Assembly: GCF_963921235.1 (NCBI RefSeq) | Contig: NC_086107.1 | Coordinates: forward strand, 103,418,001-103,482,000 | Direction of reading: 5' to 3' | Length of the DNA: 64,000 nucleotides | Origin: Mobula hypostoma | Lineage: Eukaryota | Shown: positions 26,312-37,075 of the stretch, piece after piece | How positions within the stretch are numbered: the stretch's first letter is position 1 | How the letters are laid out: the number at the start of each line of letters is the position of its first letter | Position numbers and translations under genes: made by a program | The notes under the pieces: model-generated | Told to the model about the DNA's origin: nothing | The model's input: only the letters and a program-made list of their open reading frames with translations | Database searches by the model: none

Positions 26312-26872
26312 CACTCGGTGGCCAATTTATTAGGTACGCTCATACACCTGTTAATCTAAGTATCTAATCAGCCAATCACTTGGTAGCAACTCAATGCATA
26401 AAGGCATGCAGACATGGTCAAAAGGTTCAGCTGTTGTTCAAACCAAACATCAGAATGAGGAAATGTGATCTAAGTGACTTTGACTGTGAAATGACTGTTA
26501 GTGCCAGACGGGGTGATTTGAGTACTTCAGAAACTGCTGATCTCCTGGGATTTTAACACACAACAGTCTCTAGAGTTTATAGAGAATGGTGCGAGACACA
26601 GAAAGTATCAAGTGAGTGACAGTTCTGTAGGTGTAAACACCTTGTTAATGAGAAGTCAGAGGAGAATGAACAGACTGGTTCAAGTTGACAGGAAGATGAC
26701 AGTAACGCAAATGATCACACGTTACAACGGTAGTGTGCCGAAGAGCATCTCTGGATGCACACCACATCGAACCTAGAAGTGGTTTGGGCCACAGCAGCAG
26801 AAAGCCATGACCGTACAATCAGTGATCACTTTGTTAGGTACAAGATGTATCTAATAAAGTGGCCACCGAGTG
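26312..26872 (+). mobile_element. Non-autonomous Tc1-like element with double-TIR hairpin end
   Basis: TA-cactcggtggccaatttattaggtac ... gtatctaataaagtggccaccgagtg-TA; transposase HTH remnant on plus strand. Confidence 0.9.
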
Positions 26873-27302
26873 TATATTGTGTATGCAAATGTATTAGCAA
26901 AGTTTAGGACAGATGGCTGACCTTAACTTGGAAGGCTTTCTGTGGAAGTGAACAAGGGGCTTAGGAAGGAAACGCTGGACACACTTTATAGATTCTGTGT
27001 AATAAAAATCTCAGTAATATTTCATTATTTCTTGCTGCTTTTCAATTATATGCATGCTTATTCAGGAAGTGTGTGTGTGTATGTATGTGTGAGAAAACAG
27101 CCAAGGAGAATTGCTGGGCAGTAGGAGGAGGCCGAGGAGGAAGAAAATTTTCTCTTGTAGTGCATTCAGCTTCAGTTTAATGATCAGTGTGTTCTGGTAT
27201 TTCCCCACTCTTTATTCTTGGAACGTAGATTGAATTATAAGCTTGACTGGTGTCCAATGTTAGTTGTTCCCAATGGGTGAATTTCTATACATTTATTGAC
27301 AG

Positions 27303-27368
27303 GTCCACCAGGGAGACTGATTTACCTATCTTTCAGTGGAGAATACAACTGGTATGTTGTGCTTTTCG
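27303..27368 (+). other. Candidate non-coding 5'UTR exon of the MRTF gene
   Basis: tttctatacatttattgacAG|G acceptor and CG|GTAAGT consensus donor (alternative G|GTATGT at 27352) in non-repetitive sequence; no ATG before the alternative donor. Confidence 0.45.
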
Positions 27369-27794
27369 GTAAGTCTGGACATCCTCCACTGTGACTTATA
27401 CAGCCTGTGAAAGTGGAGGTAAATGTAGAATTACAGTGGGGGAATTCTCAGTTACATTAACTGCATTGACTGAGGATAACGTAGAACAAAGCGACACACG
27501 CCACCCCAACACCCTGCAGCTTTACAAGCTACTTTTGTCTCTTTCTCCGTTATAATGAACGGTCTCTGATTGTTTTTTTCCCTACACCTGTAGCCTGATC
27601 TGAGCTATTTCTAGCAAGAAGGCGTGAAGGAAAGAGGTGGCAAGATAAATGACATTAGTTTAAATAACACTGCTTAAGAACTGGGTGTTCACATTTGCAG
27701 TGTAAACAGACTCAATCATTGTTAAGCCTCTGTTTGTATTGACTTTGTGTTAGCATCACCGAGTTTAAATTTGTGCATAATCAGAAAGAAGTGT

Positions 27795-28378
27795 TCAAAG
27801 TTCAAAGTAAAATTTATTACCAGAGTACATACATGTCACCAGATACAACCCTAATATTCTTTTTCTGCGGGCATACTTAGCAAATCTATAGAACAGTAAC
27901 TGTAAGCAGGATCAATCGACAACACACTTTGCAAATGCAGGTATAAATAAATAGCAATAAATAATGAGAGAATGAAATAACAATATAAAGAATCCTTAAT
28001 TGAGACCATCGACTGTGGGAGCACCAGAAATAGAATGAGTATAGTTGCCCCCTTCTGTTCAAGAGGCTGATGGTTGAGGGGTAGTAACTGTTCTTGAACC
28101 TGGTGGTGTGAGTCCTGAGGCACCTGTTCCTTCTACTTGATGGCAGCAGCGAGAAAAGAGCATGGCCTGGTGGTGAGGATCTTTGATGATGGATGCAGCC
28201 GTTCTATGGCAATATTTCATGTAGGTGTGCTTAATGGTAGAGAGGGCTTTACCTGTGATGTACTAGGCTGAATCCACTTCATTTTGTAGGGTTGTCCACT
28301 CAAAGGCATAGCTGGCAGTAATGCAGCCAGTCAATACACTTTCCACCACACATCTATAGAAGTTTGTCAAGGCTTTTG
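27795..28378 (-). mobile_element. Rex/Babar-type LINE 3' fragment
   Basis: Reverse complement of the family at 6935-7700; tail ttcaaagttcaaagtaaaatttatt. Confidence 0.8.
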
Positions 28379-28395
28379 ATTTACCTTTGTAACTT

Positions 28396-28778
28396 GTTAT
28401 GCAGGACTCGTCAGCAACTGTCAGCAGGCTGGATGGAGAGCGAGGTGTCTCCCAGTGGAGGTTGGGTGTAGGGGAATCGCAGCCCGTTCTTTAGTTAGAG
28501 CCTTCAGCATTCTGGGCATCGAGGGAGAGAGGAAGAGGAGAGCCATCCGCAGTACCACCGATGCGGCAGAGAGGGCCTCAAGATGGCTGTGGCTCAAAAG
28601 AGGGGAGCCATGGAGTCATAAGTAGCTAGCCATCTGGACACAAGCCGGGGTCTGATCAGCCCCGGCTGGGTCACCTGGAGGAGGTTGTATGATGTTGAAA
28701 GACCCGAAACACCCGATGATTCCAGGAACATCACTGAAGGTGTGTCCAGAAGCATCAATAGATGTATGTACGCAGCTG
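28396..28778 (+). mobile_element. 5'-truncated Hero-like (RLE-type, R2 group) non-LTR retrotransposon
   Basis: Open frame 28398-28625 (no start codon, so absent from ORF track): YAGLVSNCQQAGWRARCLPVEVGCRGIAARSLVRAFSILGIEGERKRRAIRSTTDAAERASRWLWLKRGEPWSHK*, with the Y..L..C..GW..PVEVGCRG end of restriction-like endonuclease domains; TSD TTGTAACTT at 28387-28395 and 28779-28787. Confidence 0.85.
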
Positions 28779-28949
28779 TTGTAACTTATTTTAATATTCT
28801 AACATAAAATGCTAATGTAGCTGTGTTCCTTAGCTAGCTGCATCACACTAGTGTTCTGTTTTGCTAGACTTAGTACAATTCCTGGTCATGGTGCAGTCTC
28901 ACATTTCAAAACTCCACGATTGTGTGTAACCCATAGTGTGCTGTTCCAT

Positions 28950-29530
28950 GGATGTGGAATATGGCAGGACGTCATTAAGCTGGAAAGGGTGCGGAAAAGA
29001 TTCATGAAGATATTACTCGGACAGGGGTGCTTGAGTCATGAGGAGAAGTGAGAGTGCAGGAGGTTGAGAGGAGATCTTGTAGAAATATATATAATAATGA
29101 GTATGTAGATAATATGAATGCTCACAGATTTTTTCCCAGGATAGGTGAGTCAAAAGCCAGAGGATATAGATTTAAGTGAGAGGGGAAAGGTTTTAAAGGA
29201 GCTGGGGGGGGGGGGGGAACAGTTTTTGTTTTACACAGAGGGTGATTGGTATATGGAACAAACTGCCAGAGAAGCTGTAGATGTGGGTATGATTACAATG
29301 TTTAAATGACAAGTGAATATGGATATAAAAGGCCTAGAGCTGAATTTCCCAATATTTTCTGCCATGGATCAATACCATGAAGTAAGGGGTCTGTGGACCC
29401 CAGGCTGGGAACCCCTGGCCCAGAGGTATATGTGCCCAAGCAAAGACAAATGGAAGTAACCCAGGTAGTCATCTTGGTCAGCATGGAGAAGTTGGGCTGA
29501 AGGGCCTGTTTATGTGCCATATAACTATGA
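28950..29530 (+). mobile_element. CR1 LINE 3' fragment
   Basis: DVIKLERVRKRFMKIL, RLRGDLVEIY, FFTQRV-like and WNKLPE motifs, degraded. Confidence 0.75.
29340..29417. mobile_element. Second copy of the ~80-bp hAT MITE, opposite orientation
   Basis: Reverse-complement similarity to 2099-2178; 8-bp TSD gcctagag / gcccagag. Confidence 0.75.
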
Positions 29531-30514
29531 TTCTGTTCTGCTATAATGTGTTTCCTTAATGCAAATTGGATGTAACATGATTAATGAGTTGGAGAACACT
29601 GTGCTACACACGCTGAACTGGTCATAATACAGTTTCTATCAGGAATTAGCCCCACAGTAGCCAGATACCATTGTCTCAAAAAGCAGGATGCCAGTTTCAC
29701 TGTGGGAGCTTATTTCGGAGAGTTACTTTGGAAACTGACAAGCAATTGCTTCTATTGATAATTAATACTCTAAACAGTGTTGTATGTACCCTTTAATATT
29801 TAACAAAATGAGCATATGGACATTAAACGCACCTTTACTTTTGAACTTTGCACGCACTTTATGCCAACTTGTACATCTACAGAATGTATTTTCATTGTTG
29901 ATATTGTGTTAATATTTTATGTGATGTATATGGTATATATATATACTGTGTTTTCACCTTGGTTCCAGAGGAACATTGTTCCATTTAGCTGTATACAGCT
30001 GTACAATAAACTTGAAATCCTGTAGGATAAATTTGTTAACTACAATTTTAAAACTCTCTAGTCCTGAACACCCTTTTCCCCAGTGATGCAATTGTTTTTA
30101 ATAATGCAATTTTCTGTAATGTCAAGTTTGTTAAGAACACCGCTATTGTGTTGTAGCAGAACTGCCTGTACTTCCACAGTAGATGTATTTAATGATGCAT
30201 TTAGAGTTCCACCTGCCTTGTTATTATTACAAATACAGATTCCAGCTGGGCAAAGATAAAAGGAAGTTTCATCGTGATGTCTATTATTTCCAACCAGCAG
30301 TTAGGGTGTTATTTTTCTCTATTACTTTTTTGCCTTCTATTTATTTTCCTTCCTCCAGAGATCAGCTTCATTGCTTGAATATCTGCAATCTCAATTTAAT
30401 GAGGCAACCTCCTCTCCTGTCCAAGTGGGCCTGCGCCTAACTCCTATCAAACAGTCAAATAAATAAATCACCTCAATCTGAGATATTTTTCTGTGGCTGA
30501 GGGCTCTAGATTAA

Positions 30515-31520
30515 GAGGATGACTCAGGCTGCTGTTTATTGTTTCAGCTTGGTGTTCAACACCATCATTCCCTTCATACTTATTCAAACTTTGACCCTGT
30601 ACCTCCCTGTACACCTGGATCCTTGACTTCCTTATCAGGAGATCACAGTCATTGTGCAGCGGTAATAACTTCTTGCTGACATTTTAACACATACACACTT
30701 CACGGATGTGAGCTTAATGTAGTACTCCACTTTCTCTACACTCGTTACTGTGTACAGCTCAAACACTATCTGTACATTTGCCAATACCTCCACTATTGGC
30801 AGAACCTCAGATGGCAACAAGGAAGCTTGCAGGTGTGAGATAGATTGGCGGTTGAATCGTGTTGCAAAAACAACTTTGCGCACAGTGTCACCAAGACCAA
30901 GGATTTGATTGTAGATTAGGAATAGGATGTTGGGAGATCACATGCCATTCCTTGTTGAGCGGTCAGCAATGGAAAAGGTGAGCACCTTCAAGTGCCTGAG
31001 CACCAGCTTCTCAGAGTATCTGTCCTGCTTCAAGCAGGCTTCAATTACAACAGTGCCTAAGAAGAATGTGGTAACCTGCCTCAGTTACTATCGTTTAGTA
31101 GCACTTACATCCACTGTGATGAAGTGTTCTGACTGGTTGATGATGAAACATATCAACTCTTGCCTGAGAAGTGAGTTGGATCAGCTTTAGTTTGCCTACC
31201 AGCCCAACAGGTCCACAGCAGATGCCATCTCATTTGCTGTTCACTCATCCTGGAACATCTGGGCAGCAAAGTTGCATACATCAGGACGTTCTTTATTGAC
31301 TACAGCTTGGCATTCAATGCTATTATCCTTGCAAAACTAATCAATAAGCTTCAAGACCTTGGCCTCAGTACCTCCTTGTGCAATTGGATCCTTGATTTCC
31401 TCACTTGCAGACTCAGTCAGTTTGGATTGGCAACAGCATCTCCTCCACAAGGCTGCGTGCTTAGCCCCCTGCACCACTCATGTTATGCTTAAGACTATGT
31501 GGCTAAGCACAGCTCCAATA
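30515..31520 (+). mobile_element. Two heavily decayed Rex/Babar-type RT fragments
   Basis: YRLVALTSTVMKC, AFNAII, LCNWILDFLT, PQGCVLSPL motifs with many stops/frameshifts. Confidence 0.7.
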
Positions 31521-32082
31521 CCATACTTCATGTTTTCTTACAACATAGAATGAGGCTATTTCAGCCCATTGAGTGTGCTAGCTTGCATAACAATCCCATT
31601 CCTCACTAACGTTTTCTCTTATTCTTCCTATGTTCATAGCCAACTTGCCTACCCCCTGCCCCCCACTGCCCAACCAGATTCTACCCCTGAGCTGGAAACT
31701 CAGGGAAATTTGCAATGAATAATTAATCTACAGTCCTGCAAGTCTTTGGGATGTGGGAAGTACCTAGAGGAAAGTCACATAGTTATGCAGAAAGCAAGCA
31801 AACTTTCACAGCATCAGAGCAGTGAGGCCACAACTATACTAGCTGTGTCACTGTGCTCTGCTTATTTCTGATGTATTTTGTACAGTAAATTTCAATGTAT
31901 AATTTTCTATTTCTTTGCCAATATCTACAAAGGAAAATTCTAATCATTAGTATTTCACTACAAATATCTTATTTCTGTCAAAAACTATTGACCTACCACT
32001 CATTATCAGCTTTTAGCTGCTTGGTGATCACACTGAGCTCAGCCAGTCGTCATGGAATCTAGAAGTTAAATAGGTTGTAATA

Positions 32083-32598
32083 CACTCTGGCCACTTCTTA
32101 GGTTTCTCCTGGAGTGGTCTTCTGCTGCTGTAGCCCATCCACTTCAAGGTTTGATGTGTTCTGCGTTCAGAGATGCTCTTCTGCACATCGCCATTGTAAC
32201 ATGGTTACTTGAGTTACTCTTACCTTCCTGTCAGTTTGAACCAGTCTGGCCATTCTCCACTGAGAAGGCATTTTCGCCCACAGAACTGCCACTCTCTGGA
32301 TATTTTTTTTTATTCTTCACACCATTCTCTGTAAACCTTCGAGACAGTTGTGCGCGAAAATCCCAGGAGAGCAGCAATTTCAGAGCTATTCATATCACTC
32401 CATTTGGCATCTACAATCATTTCATGGTCAAAGTCAATTAGATCACAATTCTTCCCCATACTGTTGCTTGGTCTGAGTAACAACAGAACCTCTTGGCCAT
32501 GTCTGCATGCTCTTATGCCTCGAGTTGCTGCTACGTGATTGGCTGGTTAGATATTTGCATTAATGAGCAGGTGTACCTAATAAGATGACCACTGAGTG
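32083..32598 (-). mobile_element. Non-autonomous Tc1-like element
   Basis: TA-cactctggccac ... gtacctaataagatgaccactgagtg-TA. Confidence 0.85.
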
Positions 32599-33884
32599 TA
32601 TTTTTGTGCATTGTCTGATTCCAGATGCTTTACTAAATCACCGTTATAAGACAATTCACCCTTGGCTGCTGCAGTATATGTATTAAATGTGGTAGTCATT
32701 CCTTTGATTAAAACTGCAATTTGCCCCATGACCCCAGTGAGATGCAAATATGGTGTATTTGTATATTGAATAAAATTCAAAGGGAAAGGCCTTTTCTAGT
32801 ATTCTCAAGGTGGGCCGGGATTTCAAAATGAGTTTTTCTGCTGCCCTGCCTTGCATGCACTAAAATGCTGTTTGGTGACTTTGGTAAATGATTTAAAGGG
32901 GTCCTTCTATTCAAGGTTGATGTCTGAATAGTAACTATCGACATCAATAGAAGGTTTTGTGATTGCAGGTAATCAATGGTTGTGCACGATACGTTGGTTT
33001 GGAACAAAACCCTCTTTGTGACCTGTACCTGTTACTGGAGAGGCACAGAGTCAAAATCTTACCAACACTAGTTGTCTGCAGACCCGGTGACAGCCCCTAC
33101 AGCATTCTTCCAAGTTCTTCGTGCGGTGTAAATGCTTCACTTGAGCATGCTTCGTAGTCCAGAACTTAACAGCATTCTTTTGAAGGTAATGTGGATGCAT
33201 TTCTTTGAAAACCATAGCAGCTGAATTAATTTCTAATGAAAATGTTGCTTTACTTCATGAGTGATTGACCAGCATATTCTCCTGTTAAGTCGGTTATTCA
33301 TAAAGCTAGTCAAGCCCAGTGAGGAGTGTTTCCTAGTTGACGAGATGCTTGGTATCTGTGGGTTATTGTATTCCTGGAAGTTAGTAGTGTAACAAATCAT
33401 TTTGGCTTTTCCTGCTAACTAACTTTTCTCTGAGCCAAAATGGATTTCTTGGCTTAAGTTTGCCTATCCAAAGTTTTTAATTTATATTCTAAGTACCTAA
33501 TTGACTTTGATTTCAAGTTTTGAGATATTTTGTTTCGAGAAGTTTTCTTATTTTGTTACAGCGACTGTGCAGTTCACAGAGTTTCAAAGAATGTTATTTA
33601 CCGTTGTTGAACCTGTGTACGTCCTTCTCATAACTGTCTATTTGTGAGGTTTAAATTAGGATTACTTCTCAGTGTGGAGCAGTAATTTGTCAGCACTGGA
33701 ATGTGTTTTGTCATTGTGGACGGGGAGTCTATGGCACCTGCAGGCTCAAAGTTCAAAGTAAATTTATTTTCTAAGTATGTACATGTAACCACATGCTATA
33801 CTGTGAGAATCATTTTCTTGTAGGCATCCACAATAAAACAAAGAAGTACAATAGAATCAGTGAAAAACTACACTCAAAGCCTGA

Positions 33885-34270
33885 TGTAGGAGCCATGTGT
33901 CCGTTCTCTATCTGCATTGTTTTCTGTGTTGCGCCATTATTATGGTAACTAATCACATGAGTGGTGTCATGCTAAAGGCAAAGGGAATAAGTTATGTATT
34001 CTTGCTTATTTCGTTGCAGTTTGTAGCTCGGGACTGGCGGACGTCGTATCTTTTGCTCACCGCTCAGTAACGCTTAGCTTACATGTGGGTACGCTTAAGT
34101 TTCATTGTTTCAAAATTGTGTGTAGTCTAATTGCTTATAAAGGATCGAATAAAGTATTCAATCTCTAGAGCAATCATTAGAGCTGGGGGCACATTGTGCA
34201 AGTATAACAAATCCGTAGGGTCACAGGCAGCAGCAATTGTTTTGGTTTTTGGTTTGGTTTTTCAGTTACA
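33885..34270 (+). mobile_element. Probable solo LTR inserted into a minus-strand LINE tail
   Basis: TGT..ACA termini, AATAAA, degenerate 5-bp TSD cctga/actgg; host tail continues on both sides. Confidence 0.6.
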
Positions 34271-34429
34271 ACTGGCAACCAACAAATGTACAAAAAAAGA
34301 CAAACTGCAAATATGACAATAAGTAAATAAATAATACTGGGAACATGAGTTGTAGAGTCCTTGAAAGTGAGTCCATAGGTTGTGGAATCAATTCAGGGTT
34401 GAAGTAAGGAAAGTTATCCACACTGGTTC

Positions 34430-35315
34430 AGGAGCGCAGGTAATGATGAGTTTGAGTACAGAGAGGAAATTAAGAACCTGGTGGCATGGTGCGAAGACAA
34501 TAACCTATCCCTCAATGTCAGCAAGACGAAGGAATTGGTTGTTGACTTCAGAAGGAGTAGCAGACCGCATGACCCAATTTACATGGGTGGTGCGCAAGTG
34601 GAACAGGTCGAAAGCTTTAAGTTCCTCGGGGTCAATATCACAAATGACCTGACTTGGTCCAACCAAGCAGAGTTCACTGCCAAGAAGGTCCACCAGTGCC
34701 TTTACTTTCTGAGAAAACTAAAGAAATTTGGCCTGTCCCCTAAAACCCTTACTAATTTTTATAGATGCACCGTAGAAAGCATTCTTCTAGGGTGCATCAC
34801 AACCTGGTATGGAAGTTGTCCTGTCCAAGACTGAAAGAAGCTGCAGAAGATCGTGAACATGGCGCAGCACATCACACAAACCAATCTTCCGTCCGTGGAC
34901 TCACTTTACACTGCACGCTGTCAGAGCAGTGCTGCCACGACCCACCCAACCAACAGACTTTTTGTCCCTCTTCCCTCTGGGAAAATGTTCAGGAGCTTGA
35001 AGACTCCTACGGCCAGATTTGGGAACAGCTTCTTTCCAACTGTGATAAGACTGCTGAACGGATCCTGACCCGGATATGGGCTGTATCCTCCAAATATCCG
35101 GACCTGCCTCTCGGTTTTTTTGCACGACCTTACTTCCCATTTTTCTATTTTCTATTTATGATTTATAATTTAAATTTTTAATACTTACTAATTTTAACTA
35201 TTTTTAATATCTTAAATATTTAATATTTGTAATCCAAGGAGTGTGAAGTGCAGAATCAAATATCGCTGTGATGATTGTACGTTCTAACACCAATTGTTTG
35301 GTGACAATAAAGTAT
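34430..35315 (+). mobile_element. 5'-truncated Rex/Babar-type LINE
   Basis: WCEDNNLSLNVSKTKELVVDFRR..FKFLGV..LYFLRKLKKF..FYRCTVESIL; one premature stop; AT-rich 3'UTR with AATAAA. Confidence 0.9.
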
Positions 35316-36134
35316 ATCAATAAATCAATAAATAATTATTTACTTATTGAGGTACAGCACAGAATAGGCCTTCCCTGCCCTTCGAGACGCGCCGCCCAGC
35401 AACCCCCGATTTAACCCCAGCCTAAACATGGGACAGTTGTTGATTGTTAAAGCGTAATAATTGTTCCTGAACAACTAACAATAGACTTAAGGCTCCTGTA
35501 CCTCTTTCCTGATGAGAGCATGGCTTGGATGGTGAGGGTCTTTGATGATGGATGCTACTTTCGTGTGGCACCAAGGTGGGGGGGGGTGCTTTTCCTGTGG
35601 TGACTGATCTATATTCACTACTTTTTGTAGGCTTTTTCATTCTTGGACATTGGTGTTTCTAAACCAGGCCATGATACAACCAGTCAGGAAACTGCATACA
35701 AGGGTAGTTTGACATGTGAGAGAAAATGGTTAAAGGACTGGGTTTTAGCCTTAATGTATTCTCATTCCCTCGTGTACTGTAACTTTCTGGATGAAGTCCT
35801 TTGGTTTTGCCTGTCGTTTAGTAACACGTTCATGGCTGTTCTCAAGTGTCCTGTGAAGCGCTGTAAATCAAATCAGTAATTGTTGGTCTTGCTGAGAAAT
35901 TTTAAATTCAGTTTCTCTTCGTAGCATCCTTCCCCCCCCCCAAAAAAAAGTTCTTTTAAGCTTGTTCTGTGTTAATGCACTGCAAACAGAAAACTTGAAA
36001 TCTGCGTGTAATTAAAATGAAAAATGATTCTCTAACCAAATGTTTCTCGAACTAGTTTTAATGTTAAGTGTTCTCTTGCAAGGTGTCTTACACCCAGTAA
36101 AGCAGTTTTGTCATGTGGTCACAATTGTAATATA

Positions 36135-36654
36135 CACTCAGTTGCTGCTTTATTAGGTACAGGAGTGGAACCCGGAGTGTTCTTCTGCTGTTGTAGCCCA
36201 TCCTCTTCAAGGTTTGACATGTTGTGCGTTCAGAGATACTGTTGTAACACATGGTTATTTGAGTTACAGTCATCTCCTTTTTCAGCTTGAACGAGTTTGG
36301 CCACTCTCCTCTGACCTCTCTCATTTACAGGGCAGTTTCGGCCGCAGAACTGCCGTTCACTGGATATTTTTTGTTTTTCACACCTTTTGCTGTAAACTCT
36401 AGAGATAGTGCAAGAAAATCCCAGGAGATCAGCAGATTCTGAGACACTCCAACCACCCCATCTGGCACCAACAATCATTCCATGGCGGGTCACTTAGATT
36501 GCTTTTCTTCCCTGTTCTGATGTTTTGATCTGAACAACAAAAGAACCTCTTCACCATGCCTGCATGCTTTTATTCATTGAGTTGCGGACACACGATTGGC
36601 TGATTGTATTTTTGCAGTAATGAGCAGGTGTACTTAATAAAGTAGTTGCTGAGT
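36135..36654 (-). mobile_element. Non-autonomous Tc1-like element
   Basis: GMIVGARWGGWSVSESADLLGFSCTISRVY remnant; TIR-like ends. Confidence 0.85.
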
Positions 36655-36834
36655 TCAGAAGATATGGCAGCCGATTTGTACCTAGACTCCCAGCTGAAGA
36701 GATGCTTGGTATGTGTGGATTATAGTATTCCTGGAAGTTGGTAATTTAACCATTCATTGTGGTTCCTCCTGCTAACAATTTTTTGTCAGAGCTAAAATTG
36801 ACTTCTTGCTTAAGTTTGCTTATCGAAAGCTGAT

Positions 36835-37075
36835 GATGGAGTAGTAACCAAATCAGTTGTGTTGAGTGACGGATGAACATTGGCTGAGGCACCTAATGTA
36901 ACTTGCCCCAGTTCTTTGAACTTGTGTAATGGGATCTTTTAAATCCACCTGAGAGCCGTTGCATCATGTAGACAAAAGATGGTTGCGTCATTGTTGAACT
37001 CTGAATCCTGCACTGAAAGGAGGGTCTAGGTTTTTGTTTTGGATGAGCGGGTTTTGAACCTGAGAGTATCTGATA
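36835..37075 (-). mobile_element. Ancient DeuSINE (SacSINE1-like) remnant
   Basis: Reverse complement reads caggtggatttaaaagatcccattacacaagttcaaagaactgggg, resembling the recalled Deu-domain. Confidence 0.55.

Noticed and set aside
28690..28745. Hammerhead ribozyme in the Hero 3'UTR
   Set aside because: ctga and gaaac words are not arranged around stems II/III as required; kept as an unknown fold instead.
33331..33473. H/ACA snoRNA
   Set aside because: No H or ACA boxes on the host strand; box-like words appear only on the minus strand, where one hairpin pairs poorly.
34271..34285. Primer-binding site after the LTR (actggcaacc)
   Set aside because: Better explained as TSD plus continuation of the host LINE tail; no internal region follows.
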